Part shown: piece after piece, positions 43,513-53,950 of the stretch | Position numbering within the stretch: position 1 is the stretch's first letter | Layout: the number at the start of each line of letters is the position of its first letter | Assembly (NCBI GenBank): GCA_965226495.1 | Contig: OZ245365.1 | Coordinates: 1,312,001 to 1,376,000 of the forward strand | Direction: 5' to 3' | Length of the DNA stretch: 64,000 nt | From: Candidatus Marinacidobacterales bacterium | GTDB taxonomy: Bacteria > Acidobacteriota > Vicinamibacteria > Marinacidobacterales > DATDRI01 | Position numbers and translations under genes: made by a program | Notes under the pieces: model-generated | Databases searched by the model: none | Seen by the model: the letters and a program-made list of their open reading frames with translations, nothing else | What the model was told of the DNA's origin: nothing

Positions 43513-44508
43513 CTATCGTTCGTCCACCGCGATGAGCGGGACGATTATAGTCGGCGTCGCGGACGGCGTGTAGCGCCCCTCGGGAGCCTTGGTCGCGATC
43601 ATGTACCTGGGATCGGTGAGCAATCCGTAGAGACATGGGTCCACCGTGCGCATCAACTCCGGCGTATAGGCCCCCCACTCTTGACTCGGGCCTTCACCGC
43701 TCTCGGGACGGTTGGCGAAGTTGAACTCCTGCGCTCCGAGGATGGACGTGGTGCCCCAATACATGTACTCGACCGCCATACAGCCGTAATCACAGGTCTC
43801 GTCGTCGTAGTGATACCAGGCCTCTTCGGGATATCCCGCCTTAGGTCCCCCGGTAGGTATTTCCATGAAGCGCCCTCCGCGCGCCTTGTCCATGCAGTTG
43901 GCGAGCGCGCTCCCAGGTTCCGGAGCAAAGGCTTCAGGGTAGGCCGGCGACCAACCGGCATCGCAAAGAAGGTGCCAGATTTCTTCGAGGGCTGCGTCCT
44001 GCTCGACCTCCCGATTGACCACGCCGTCGGTCATGAATCCGGGGTGCGTTTCTTCGTCCCAAAGCAACTGCCCGGCGTTGAATCCCGCGCTCCGCCAGGC
44101 ATCGTGATCCATGTTCTCCAGCTCTTCCGGCGTTTTCGGAAACACGATGAACGAGTTGCGGCTTACCAGATGGCTTAGCACCAGCATGTTTTCTGGCACA
44201 CCGTCGGAGTCGTTATCTAAGTACTCGGCCATGACCTTGGCCGCATGTAGCAACTTCTCGTCTCGTGCGTCGGGCGTGGCAAAGATGTGCACGCCGAACA
44301 CACTCACGTACTTGGAAAAACCACCCTCCTTGAACGGAGCGAGATCCTCGGGAATGTCGGTAATTCTGATCTCTGCGGTCACTTGCTTCTCACCGATGAT
44401 GGTTGCCCCCACGAAGGGGTCCGTCTCGTCCCCTTTGGATTGAGCTTGGGCAATCAACGCATCAGCAACGAGAAGAAACAACAGAGATACCGTCACAACC
44501 ATTTTCAT
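43513..44508 (-). CDS. Secreted hypothetical protein, possible zincin-like metallopeptidase
   Basis: Signal peptide; YLDNDSDG Ca-loop-like motif, LEEIWHL and EYMYW. Confidence 0.55.
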   Translation of the reverse strand: MKMVVTVSLLFLLVADALIAQAQSKGDETDPFVGATIIGEKQVTAEIRITDIPEDLAPFKEGGFSKYVSVFGVHIFATPDARDEKLLHAAKVMAEYLDNDSDGVPENMLVLSHLVSRNSFIVFPKTPEELENMDHDAWRSAGFNAGQLLWDEETHPGFMTDGVVNREVEQDAALEEIWHLLCDAGWSPAYPEAFAPEPGSALANCMDKARGGRFMEIPTGGPKAGYPEEAWYHYDDETCDYGCMAVEYMYWGTTSILGAQEFNFANRPESGEGPSQEWGAYTPELMRTVDPCLYGLLTDPRYMIATKAPEGRYTPSATPTIIVPLIAVDER

Positions 44509-44892
44509 GGCTAGCCTTCCTTGTCTCACCCCGTGAACTCAGCGGCCGAGGCGCCGCAGCCCGGGGTGATCGGAGACGATCCGGGTAGACCAAAACGCTG
44601 CCTAGTGCACCGTTGCCTCGAGGCCGATCCCTGGTGCACTCCATCACGATTACCGATGGTCCCTTCCATAAACTCGATCTGTATGAGATTGGCGAACTGC
44701 CTGCAACCAGGATGCTTTGGTCGTCTTCATGTAGGACGTTTTAAGAGCCGGCGTCGGCTCTACTCAGGGGTAGAGGTGTAAGCTGGTGCGGAGTCCCGCA
44801 GCCGTTCCGAGCGGATCAGACTCAAGCAGCGCGTCGAGTGTGATGATGATGGAGACCACCGACCTTTAGGAATATCGACCCGTGCCAGCAAG

Positions 44893-45301
44893 TCACTTGC
44901 GGATGGCGTAGGCGTAGAGCGTATCCTGGTCGCGCAGGTAGAGTGTGCCGTTTGCCACGACCGGATGTGCCCACGTGGGCTTGTTGGAGGTTCGGATCTC
45001 GAAGCGACCTTTCTCTCGGTACCCCACCGGCGTCGCCTCTACGAGCCCCACCACTCCGTTCTCGCTGAAGATGTACAAATGCCCGTCCGCAAAGACCAGA
45101 GAGCCCTTCCCGATGCTGCGGTCACGCCACACCAGCTCGCCCGTCCAGAAGTTCAGAGCGTGGAGACGGCTGCTCGAGAAACCATAGAGCGTATCGCCGA
45201 CCAGAACGGAGCTGCTGTGGTGGTTGCGCATGTCACGGGTGAAGTAGACCTCACGGGCTGTTATTTGCTCCGCGCCCCCGGAGATCTCGAGCAGGGCACA
45301 G
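44893..45301 (-). pseudogene. C-terminal fragment of a PQQ-like beta-propeller protein
   Basis: TGELVWRDR, ADGHLY and WAHPVVANGTLYLRDQD; cut at the 45302 repeat. Confidence 0.75.
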
Positions 45302-46699
45302 CCCGTCCTGTGCCAAAACTCAGCCCAGCCGGCATCGACGAAAGAACTGCGCCTCTCGAAATCAGGCTAAGACTCTAGCACGCGAACAGGTTACGCGGCG
45401 GCCGCCAACACTTGACTGCGGAAGCACCCATCGGTGCATCGGTTGCGTGTCCTTCATCATCATTGATTATCGGCACCCTGAGCATCAGCGGGGGAACCGT
45501 CCGGCGCAGCGGGCTTCTGGTCAGGCTCCATCGTTGTCCTCCGCCGTGATTCGGCCACGGGTGCTCCGCGATAGGCGGGGCGGACACGAACTCTATGCAG
45601 TCGGATGCGGATGCCCCGCCGCCAATAGCGCCTTCTGAACTCTCTGCAGAACATCGGGTGCTTTCAGCATTTCGCTACTAAAGTGAGGATCGGAGGGGAG
45701 CACCAAGTCACATACACGTCCATTTTTATCCAGTTTGTAGAATATGACAGTGGCTCGTCTATCGGGAGCCTTTCCTTCGTGAGCTGCTCCTTTTGCTTGT
45801 GGCCCCCACCTCTCGGGGAACCGCCGCGCGAGCAGCCACATCGAAGCCTCCGCCTTCGGCGGGCGAAACTTCGACACGATCTCGGCGGACTTGACCTTCC
45901 CGTCTTTCAACTGGCCGTTTAGGATTTCGCCGCCCTTGTATTTCACCGTCTGCCGGATAATCTTGCTCTCCCCAAGGGCGCTCCGCTCGATGTTATCGAG
46001 GTGAACCCATTCGAAGTGTGCCAGGGCCTTCTGGACGGACTCGTAAAATTCATGAAATAGACCGCCCTCTACCTTCCCACGTGCGAGCCACCTGCAAAGT
46101 GTCTCTGGGGTTATGCCAGCGGACTGCGCTGCATCCTTATAGCTCATCCCTGCTCGAACGCACCTGAGGACCTTCTCTTGGCGCTCGGGGGTGAGTTTAG
46201 TTTTCCGTCCAGCCATGTTTGGAGGAATCTTAAAATTCACGGAATTGTCCGCTCTTGGCCTCTTTCCTGGCAATTGCGCAGTCTTATTCTCCCCCATTCG
46301 GCGCATACGTCCATTATCCGGTATCAGGTAAATGAGGGTGGGTTGTCTATCGCGAGCCTCTCCTTCGTGAGCTTCTCCTCTTGCTCGTGGCCCCCACCTA
46401 TCGGGGAACCGCCGCGCGAGCAGCCACGCCGACCTCTTCCAGTTCCGCGGGCGAGACTCCGTCACGGTCGTAGCGTACTTGACCTTCCCGTCTTTCAACT
46501 GGCCGTTTAGGATTTCGCCGACCTCGTATCTTTCCGTCTGCCGGGTGATCTTGCTCTCCTTGAGGGCGCTCCGCTCGATGTTCTCGAGGTGAACCCATTC
46601 GAAGTGTGCCAGGGCCTCCTGGACGGACTCGTAAAATTCATGAAATAGGCCGCTCTCCGCCTTCTCCCCACGTGCGATCCACCTACAAAGCGTCTCTAG

Positions 46700-48200
46700 C
46701 AGCCCGTTGAAAAAGTCGTATTCGGCCGCGATATTTCTCTGAAGACTCATTCGATGACGATGTAAAATTGCATCGCATGTCGATGAAGAAGAAAAAGAAA
46801 AGTCGCCAAGAGACTTTATGGATTCCACACGATGCGGTTGCGTCGAGTCCTGGTCACCCTTTTTATGAGGAACTCGAGCGGGTACTTCGAGAGGAAGAGT
46901 TTGACTCGTTTGTGGAGTCGAAATGCTCGCCGTATTACGCGAAGAAGCAAGGTCGGCCGAGCATACCGCCGGGTGTGTATTTTCGAATGCTGTTGATCGG
47001 CTACTTTGAGCGCATCGATTCAGAGCGCGGGATCTGCTGGCGGTGTTCGGACTCACTGTCTTTGCGCCAGTTTCTTGGCCTTGGAATGGAAGAGCGAACG
47101 CCGGACCATTCGTCGCTGTCTCGGATACGGAATCGACTTCCGCTGGAAGTTCACGAATCTGTATTTGGATGGGTGCTAGAAATTCTAGCGTCGAGAGGGA
47201 TGATAGATGGCAAGACACTGGGTGTGGACGCGACGACGCTGGAAGCGAATGCGGCGCTTCGGTCAATCGTTCGTCGAGACACGGGGGAAAGCTACGAATC
47301 GTATTTGAAGGAGCTTGCGCGCAAGAGTGGTATCGAAGAGCCGAGCCGAGCGGACATTGCGAAGTTGGACAAGAAGCGGCCAAAGAAAGGGTCGAACAAG
47401 GAGTGGGTGAATCCGAACGAGCCGGATGCGGAGATCATGAAAATGAAGAGCGGGGGCACGGATATGGCGCACAAAGCCGAGCATGCTGTGGACATGAGCG
47501 GGGAAGGTGCGGTAATTGCCGTGACGCTTCACGGAGGCGCGAAGGGTGACACAAAGAGCCTACCGGATACGCTGGAAAAAGCGCAGTCAAATCTGCAAGA
47601 GCTCGCGAACAACGCGGAATATTGTGAACGAATACATGAAGACGCGGGTCGCGAAGTGGTCGGGGACAAGGGCTATCACGGCAACGACATCCTGGTTGAG
47701 CTGGTCGAACAAGAATACCGGAGCTACATTTCGGAGCCAGAGCGAGGTGGCCGCAAATGGAAGGACAAACAGGCCGAGCAAGCCGCCACCTACGCGAACC
47801 GACGTCGCATTCGCGGGACTCGAGGTAAGCGATTAATACGCCGTCGCGGCGAGTTACTCGAACGACCTTTCGCGCACTACCTCGAAGCGGGAGGCATGCG
47901 ACGAACGCATTTGCGAAGACACGAAAATATACTCAAGCGCCTCCTCACGCACGTGGCCGGATTCAATCTCGGGATTCTGATGCGCAATCTCATCGGCAAG
48001 GCCACGCCGAAGGAATACGCGGAGCTCAACGCCAGTCTGATCGCTGCTTTATTGCGCTTCGTCTCGACCATAGGCGCACGTTTTGCCCCGCTGCAATCCA
48101 TTGGGCGTCTCAACTTGGCCGTTCCGCCGAATCACATCTTCCTTGAACTTGCCCACCAAACTTTCTCCGTGAGCAGAATCGGGACTTTTTCACCGGGCTG
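46700..48200 (+). mobile_element. IS1182-like (DUF772/DDE) insertion sequence with CTAG TSD
   Basis: IRs CAGCCCGTTGAAAAAGTC and GACTTTTTCACCGGGCTG match 17/18; CTAG at 46696-46699 and 48201-48204. Confidence 0.92.
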
Positions 48201-48204
48201 CTAG
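46777..48204 (+). CDS. Transposase (DUF772 + DDE)
   Basis: GRPSIPP, TPDHSSLSR, VDATTLEANA and VGDKGY; stop TAG supplied by the TSD. Confidence 0.92.
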   Translation: MSMKKKKKSRQETLWIPHDAVASSPGHPFYEELERVLREEEFDSFVESKCSPYYAKKQGRPSIPPGVYFRMLLIGYFERIDSERGICWRCSDSLSLRQFLGLGMEERTPDHSSLSRIRNRLPLEVHESVFGWVLEILASRGMIDGKTLGVDATTLEANAALRSIVRRDTGESYESYLKELARKSGIEEPSRADIAKLDKKRPKKGSNKEWVNPNEPDAEIMKMKSGGTDMAHKAEHAVDMSGEGAVIAVTLHGGAKGDTKSLPDTLEKAQSNLQELANNAEYCERIHEDAGREVVGDKGYHGNDILVELVEQEYRSYISEPERGGRKWKDKQAEQAATYANRRRIRGTRGKRLIRRRGELLERPFAHYLEAGGMRRTHLRRHENILKRLLTHVAGFNLGILMRNLIGKATPKEYAELNASLIAALLRFVSTIGARFAPLQSIGRLNLAVPPNHIFLELAHQTFSVSRIGTFSPGC

Positions 48205-48725
48205 GGCTATGCCAGCGGGCTCCGCTGCCGCCTTATAGGTCATCCCTGCTCGAACGCACTTGAGGATCTTCTCTTGGCGCTCGGGGGTGAGTTTGGTTTT
48301 CCGCCCAGCCATTTGTCGGGGAATTTTACCATAGGTTTCGTTCTTGATAAAATTGACGATATATGCTGCTCTTGGCCTGCTCTCCACGCGCGAAACAGGC
48401 GTAGAACGTGGCCTTATTGACGCCTGCGACGTCTGCGACCTACCCCCGGCATCCTTAGCCAGAACGCACTCCCGGATGGTTTTTTTGCGTTCGGGGGTCA
48501 CTTTGTGTCCATTATTCTCTGTTAACTCCCTGTTTTTCAGGGTTGCCAGCCGAGACCGGATAGCTCCAAACTGCACCATCCGCCATTCAAATCAATAACT
48601 TGCGTGTGTTTCGGCGTGCCGGTTCGGCCAAATTGTCCGTGTTTTGCGAGAAAAGTGGACCACGGTCGGCTGTTCATCGATGTAGCTAGCCAAGGATTGG
48701 GTAGCGTTGGCGAGGTCTTCAGACC

Positions 48726-49127
48726 TTACGGCGTGACGTCGCGCAGCAACGAGCTTGACACAATCGTTCGGCCGGTCTTCTCAGTCATCTCCGCGACTCT
48801 ACGCTTCCACTCGGCGTCAGCGCCGAGCTGGGCGATTGCTTCCTCCATGTGGGCAAGCCCCTTAAACTCAACAACGACATAGACCAAGCCCGCGTTGGGA
48901 CCAGCCCAATCGGCGCGGTAGACTCTTGTCGGCAAGCCCGGAATGACTTCATTCTGTCGCTCAATGACGGCCTTCACGAGACGTAAGTACTCAGTCGTAT
49001 TGCCATGGGTATCGATCGTCTGGACTTGAATGATCGGTTTGGCGTCCGATGCAAGAAGGGCCGGACCCTGAGTAAACGCGCACCCTACTACTAATAATGT
49101 AATTAGATGCTTGATAGTGTTTCTCAT
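48726..49127 (-). CDS. Secreted small dimeric alpha/beta barrel (NIPSNAP-like) protein
   Basis: Signal peptide; AGPNAGLVYVVVEFKGLA..ADAEW pattern. Confidence 0.5.
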   Translation of the reverse strand: MRNTIKHLITLLVVGCAFTQGPALLASDAKPIIQVQTIDTHGNTTEYLRLVKAVIERQNEVIPGLPTRVYRADWAGPNAGLVYVVVEFKGLAHMEEAIAQLGADAEWKRRVAEMTEKTGRTIVSSSLLRDVTP

Positions 49128-49196
49128 TTGGACTTCTCCTCCGAGAGCGGCTGCGGTCATCAAACACTCGGCGCCAAAGTAAATAGCCCGACAGGC

Positions 49197-50834
49197 CTAT
49201 TGTTCAGCCTCATAGACAACTCGGCCTTCGAATACCGTTTCTAGAACTCGGGTGTTTGCTATTTCCGCCGAAGGTATTTCAAACAGGTTGCGATCGAGCA
49301 CAATCATATCGGCCATTTTCCCCATTTCAATGGAACCGTTGGTTTTCTGTTTACCCATAGAGATAGCACCATTCAACGTCATTGCCTTGATAGCTTCATG
49401 CAGGTCGATTGATTCGTCACCGTGATCGAGCAAACCAGAAAGTGCTGGAAAGAGATTTGGTTCGGGCAACACCACCCAGTCACTACCGATGGTCATCAGG
49501 GTATTGTGATCGAGCAAACTTCTGAACTGCCAGGCCCCTGCCAGATTGGCGGTGAGTGGACCTTTAATTTGCCAGATTGCCGGTGACATTTCCGTGACCG
49601 CATTAAGTTCACTTGGTCGGCCAAGATCCACCGATTCATATCGAAGACTATGGGCGATGTCGTGGTATATACCGGAGTCCCCATTTGCCTTGCGCGCCGT
49701 GGCGATGGCATTCAATGCCGTCCGCGTGGCACCGGTACCGACAGCGTGCATCTTTACCTTAAGCCCCATCTTGTCGAAATGCGTCACTAACTTGTTTAAT
49801 GTTTCCGGGCTGTCGTACAAACGTTCAACAGGAATATTTCCATCAGCATCCATATTCACGTCGGTAGCATGTGGCTGTAGTGGAGAGCCGTCCACATAGA
49901 TCTTAACGGCATCCGTATCCAGATGCGGTGATTTGTATCTTGCCCGGTCTCTAATTACGCGCTCCATATCGGCGGGGGACATGTTGCTGCTTCCCGGGTG
50001 GTTTACAACGAGATGAGTCGACAAGCGCAAAGGCCATTTCCCTTGCTCATCCAGTTTCTTGATTGCGATCAACATAGCTTCATTCGATGCAGCGTCCTGC
50101 GCTGAGGTAATACCAAATTGATTACAGAGTTTCGCCGTTCGCAACACCGCATCTCGAATCGTTTCGGAAGGTAAGGGTGGTATGTACTTCATCACCAGCC
50201 AAGTAGCTTTAGACAATAGTTCACCAGTAGGCTCACCCATCCCATCGTGCAATATTGTTCCTCTGTCGGGATCGGGCGTACTCCGATCGATTCCGGCGAT
50301 CTCAAGTGCCTTGCTATTGGCAAGTCCATGATGAAAGGACCATTCGCGAATATAGATCGGTGTATCAGGAAATGCCGCATCAATGCGACGCCGGTGCGCC
50401 TTGCCACCGGGAAACAAATCTCCGCGGTAGACAAAGGCCACAATCCATTCGCCCCGGGTAAACCCCTGCTCCTGGCAAAGTTTCAGGCCTTCAATAATCT
50501 GGTCTACATTACCGTTGGGTGGCAGCTTACAATCGATTTCACGCATCTGTGCCTTCAACAAATGCTGATGCGCATCGTGAAGACCGGGCATTGCCATTTT
50601 GCCTTTTAGATCGACGATACGCGTTTTTGGACCAACAAACGCACCGATATCTTCATCCTTGCCGACATACAGAAAGCGATCGCTCTTGATCGCAACGGAC
50701 TGTGCCCACGGAAGACTTGAATTTACGGTATAGATTTTGCCGTTCTTGTAAACGATGTCAGCATCTTGCTGTGCGAAAGCATTGTTCGCCACTGTGAGTA
50801 ACAAGAATCCAAGGATTATCAGATTGGTATTCAT
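49197..50834 (-). CDS. Secreted amidohydrolase_3 (YtcJ-like)
   Basis: PGLHDAHQH, KIYVDG, MHAVG, IGSDW and ADMIVLDRN. Confidence 0.9.
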   Translation of the reverse strand: MNTNLIILGFLLLTVANNAFAQQDADIVYKNGKIYTVNSSLPWAQSVAIKSDRFLYVGKDEDIGAFVGPKTRIVDLKGKMAMPGLHDAHQHLLKAQMREIDCKLPPNGNVDQIIEGLKLCQEQGFTRGEWIVAFVYRGDLFPGGKAHRRRIDAAFPDTPIYIREWSFHHGLANSKALEIAGIDRSTPDPDRGTILHDGMGEPTGELLSKATWLVMKYIPPLPSETIRDAVLRTAKLCNQFGITSAQDAASNEAMLIAIKKLDEQGKWPLRLSTHLVVNHPGSSNMSPADMERVIRDRARYKSPHLDTDAVKIYVDGSPLQPHATDVNMDADGNIPVERLYDSPETLNKLVTHFDKMGLKVKMHAVGTGATRTALNAIATARKANGDSGIYHDIAHSLRYESVDLGRPSELNAVTEMSPAIWQIKGPLTANLAGAWQFRSLLDHNTLMTIGSDWVVLPEPNLFPALSGLLDHGDESIDLHEAIKAMTLNGAISMGKQKTNGSIEMGKMADMIVLDRNLFEIPSAEIANTRVLETVFEGRVVYEAEQ

Positions 50835-50901
50835 TTTTTGGTCCTTCTCAGGGCCCGCGACTTTCAGGGCCTACGAGCGGAAGCAAGATATCCCGGCAGG
50901 C

Positions 50902-52575
50902 CTATTGTTCATATTGTTCAGCCTGATATACAACTTGGCCTTCGAATACGGTTTCCAGGACGAGGGTGTCTGCTATTTGCGCCGGTGGTATCTCGAACAG
51001 ATTACGATCGAGCACAATCATATCGGCAGATTTCCCCACTTCAATGGAACCATAGGTTTTCTGTTTACCCACAGCGATAGCACCATTCAACGTCATTGCC
51101 TTGATAGCTTCATGCAGGTTGATTGATTCGTCACCGTGATCGACTAGACCAGAAAGTGCTGGAAAGAGATTCGGTTCGGGCAATATCACCCAATCACTAC
51201 CGATAGTCATCAGGGTATTGTGATCGAGCACAGTCCTGAACTGGTAGGCCTTGGGCAGATTGGCTGTGAGCAGATTGGCCGTGAGCGGACCTCTAATTTG
51301 CCAGATTCCCGGTGACATTTCCGCAACGGCATTGAGCTTACTTAGTCGGGGAATATCCACCGCTTTATAGCGAATACTATGGGTGATCTCGTGGTATATA
51401 CCGGAGTCCCCATTTGCCTTGCGTGCCGCGGCGATGGCATTCACTGCCGTCCGGGTGGCGGCGGTACCGACGGCGTGCATCTTCACCTTAAACCCCATCC
51501 TGTCGAAATCCGTCACCAATCTGTTTAATGTCTCCGGGCTCTGGCGCAAACGTTCAACAGGGATATTTCCAGCAGCATCTATATCCACATCGGCGTTATG
51601 TGGCTGTAGTGGAGAGCCGTCCACAAAAATCTTTACGGCATCCGTATCTAAATGCGGTGATTTGTAACTTGCCGTGACACGCTCCACCTCAGCAAGGGGC
51701 ATATGACCCCCTCCCGACCGGTTTACGCGGAGATGGGTCATCACGCGCAAAGCCCACTGCCCCTGCTCATCCAGTTTCTTGATTTCGCTCAACAGAGCTT
51801 CAGTCGATGCAGCGTTCTGCGCTGAGGTAATACCAAATTGATGACAGAGTCTTGCCGTTCGCAGCACTGCATCGCGGAGCGCTTCAGAGGGTAAAGGTGG
51901 TATGTTTTTCCTTACCAGCGAGGCAGCTCCATGCACTAGTTCACCAGTAGGCTCACCTTTTTCATCGCGCACTATTTTTCCGCTGTCGGGATCGGGCGTA
52001 TTCCGATCGATTCCGGCGATCTCGAGTGCCCTGCTATTGGCAAGTCCGCCCTGGGCCCATGCGCTGATATAAACTGGTGTATCAGGAAATGCGGCATCGA
52101 TATAGCGCCGGTGCGCTTGGCCACCGGGAAACGAGCCTCCGCGGTAGACAGAGGCCACAATCCATTCGCCCCGGGTATGACCCTGCTCCTGGCAAAGTTT
52201 CAGGCCTTCAATAATCTTGTCTACAGTGCCAGCCGCAGGGTCAGCATAACTGGCGGGTCGCAGCCTACAATTGCCCCCAATTTCACGCATCGAAACCCCA
52301 AAATGCTGGTGTGCATCGTGAATACCAGGCATTGCCATCTTACCTTTTAGATCAACGACACGCGTTTTTGGACCAATAAATGATGCGACGTCTTTATCCG
52401 TGCCAACATACAGAAAGCGGTCACTCTTGATGGCAACGGACTGTGCCCAAGGAAGTCTATAGTTTACGGTATAGATTTGTCCGTTCTTGTAAACGATGTC
52501 AGCATCTTGCTGTGCGAAAGCATTGTTAGCCACTGTGAATAACAAAAATCCAGTGATTATCAGATTCGTAGTCAT
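50902..52575 (-). CDS. Secreted amidohydrolase_3 (YtcJ-like), tandem paralog
   Basis: Same motifs; highly similar to 49197-50834. Confidence 0.9.
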   Translation of the reverse strand: MTTNLIITGFLLFTVANNAFAQQDADIVYKNGQIYTVNYRLPWAQSVAIKSDRFLYVGTDKDVASFIGPKTRVVDLKGKMAMPGIHDAHQHFGVSMREIGGNCRLRPASYADPAAGTVDKIIEGLKLCQEQGHTRGEWIVASVYRGGSFPGGQAHRRYIDAAFPDTPVYISAWAQGGLANSRALEIAGIDRNTPDPDSGKIVRDEKGEPTGELVHGAASLVRKNIPPLPSEALRDAVLRTARLCHQFGITSAQNAASTEALLSEIKKLDEQGQWALRVMTHLRVNRSGGGHMPLAEVERVTASYKSPHLDTDAVKIFVDGSPLQPHNADVDIDAAGNIPVERLRQSPETLNRLVTDFDRMGFKVKMHAVGTAATRTAVNAIAAARKANGDSGIYHEITHSIRYKAVDIPRLSKLNAVAEMSPGIWQIRGPLTANLLTANLPKAYQFRTVLDHNTLMTIGSDWVILPEPNLFPALSGLVDHGDESINLHEAIKAMTLNGAIAVGKQKTYGSIEVGKSADMIVLDRNLFEIPPAQIADTLVLETVFEGQVVYQAEQYEQ

Positions 52576-52599
52576 TCGTACTCCTTGCTTAATATGGTT

Positions 52600-53931
52600 C
52601 TAGTCTCGCTCGTGCACGACCCGACCGTCCTGAATAACAACTTCAGGATGGACGAGTGCCCGGAGATTCTCCAAGGGATTGTCAGATACGATGATCAAGT
52701 CCGCTTTCTTTGCCGTTTCGATGCTGCCGATCTCATCGCCTCGCTGTAGCGCTTCGGCCGCGTGTTGCGTCGCCGCCTGCAGGATGCTCATCGGTGACAA
52801 ACCGCCACGGGCCAATCCTTCCAATTCCTGCGCATAGATATCGTCGATCTTCAGCATGTCCATCGGATTCGAATCGGTGCCCACGCCAAATTTCAAGCCA
52901 ACAGTCTGCATGGACTCGAACAGAGACATCGCGTTTTGGTGAGTATGACCCTGATTGATTTCCATCCAATTACCTTTGACGTGCGCGTTCCCGGCCAGCT
53001 CTCGCAGATGATAGCCTATCGTTGGGACGACGTAGATCCCCTGGCGGGCCATGTCCCTGAGTATGCTTTCCCTGTCCGGGCCGTAGGGGTACAGGTGTTG
53101 CACGCTATGGACCCCTGCGTCGGCGGCGACCCGCCCTGAAACCAGGTTCCGATCCGGTAAGCCGCCGATGTGGGCCGTAACGAAAATCTTCCAATCGTTG
53201 GCCTCTTCTACGACGGCTTTGAGCTCTTCCACCGTGTAGGGCGGCGTCACCTTAATGAAATCAGCGCCGTACATAACCGCTTCGCGTACACGCTCGCGAA
53301 ATTCCCATGGCCCCGTCGCTACCGCTGCGTAGACGGGTTTTTCGTATGGAATAAATTCTGTCGCGTGGCCAGCGGGCGTCGTGATTACTGGTCCTGAGAC
53401 GTACAGCCTCGAGCCGCCGATCAATCCCATCCTCTGAGCGCGCTTGAGCGAATAACCGACGTTGAAACGGGAACCAACGTCAGCAACCGTCGTGACACCG
53501 ATTTCCTGATACTTCTCCAGAAATCGTTCTGCCCGGACTGCGTTCATGACGTCGTCTTCGACATTCCAGCCCGTCGGCACGAAATAAGTTATGTGAGCAT
53601 GCAGGTCGATAAGACCCGGAGTGACCCACTTGCCGTCCGCACTGATGCGAATGGCATTCTCCGGAATTTCGGAAGCGCCAAGTTCGGCGAATCTACCGTT
53701 CTGGATAAAGATTCCAGGATTCGCCGCTGCTCCTCTGCCGGTGCCGTCGATTAGTGTGCCACCCTCGACGAAAATCGGTACGTCCGGCCCGGCATCCTCG
53801 ACAAAGTCGTGCAAATCACCGGTATACAGGAACGTAATGTCCGGATCTTCGAACTCCTTCTGCGCAGCGTTAACGTCGAAGGCGACGAACAAGGCGAAAT
53901 AGACGGGTAGCAAGCGAGTCGCAATTTTCAT
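52600..53931 (-). CDS. Secreted amidohydrolase_1 (prolidase-like)
   Basis: PGLIDLHAH, GADFIK, VGTDS and KADLII. Confidence 0.88.
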   Translation of the reverse strand: MKIATRLLPVYFALFVAFDVNAAQKEFEDPDITFLYTGDLHDFVEDAGPDVPIFVEGGTLIDGTGRGAAANPGIFIQNGRFAELGASEIPENAIRISADGKWVTPGLIDLHAHITYFVPTGWNVEDDVMNAVRAERFLEKYQEIGVTTVADVGSRFNVGYSLKRAQRMGLIGGSRLYVSGPVITTPAGHATEFIPYEKPVYAAVATGPWEFRERVREAVMYGADFIKVTPPYTVEELKAVVEEANDWKIFVTAHIGGLPDRNLVSGRVAADAGVHSVQHLYPYGPDRESILRDMARQGIYVVPTIGYHLRELAGNAHVKGNWMEINQGHTHQNAMSLFESMQTVGLKFGVGTDSNPMDMLKIDDIYAQELEGLARGGLSPMSILQAATQHAAEALQRGDEIGSIETAKKADLIIVSDNPLENLRALVHPEVVIQDGRVVHERD

Positions 53932-53950
53932 TTTGGTCCTCCCCAACAGG

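Larger units (their letters stand above)
45593..48579 (-). pseudogene. Tandem-fused terminase-small-subunit-like HTH protein interrupted by an IS
   Basis: Two ~195 aa units MAGRKTKLTPERQ..AGI..ETLCRW..WLLARRFPxRWG; unit 1 has the IYLIPDNGR tail; frame is restored on IS removal. Confidence 0.7.

Noticed and set aside
45593-47383. 596 aa ORF as a single protein
   Set aside because: The N-terminal ~230 aa is the antisense strand of the inserted IS; only the part below 46699 belongs to the real gene.
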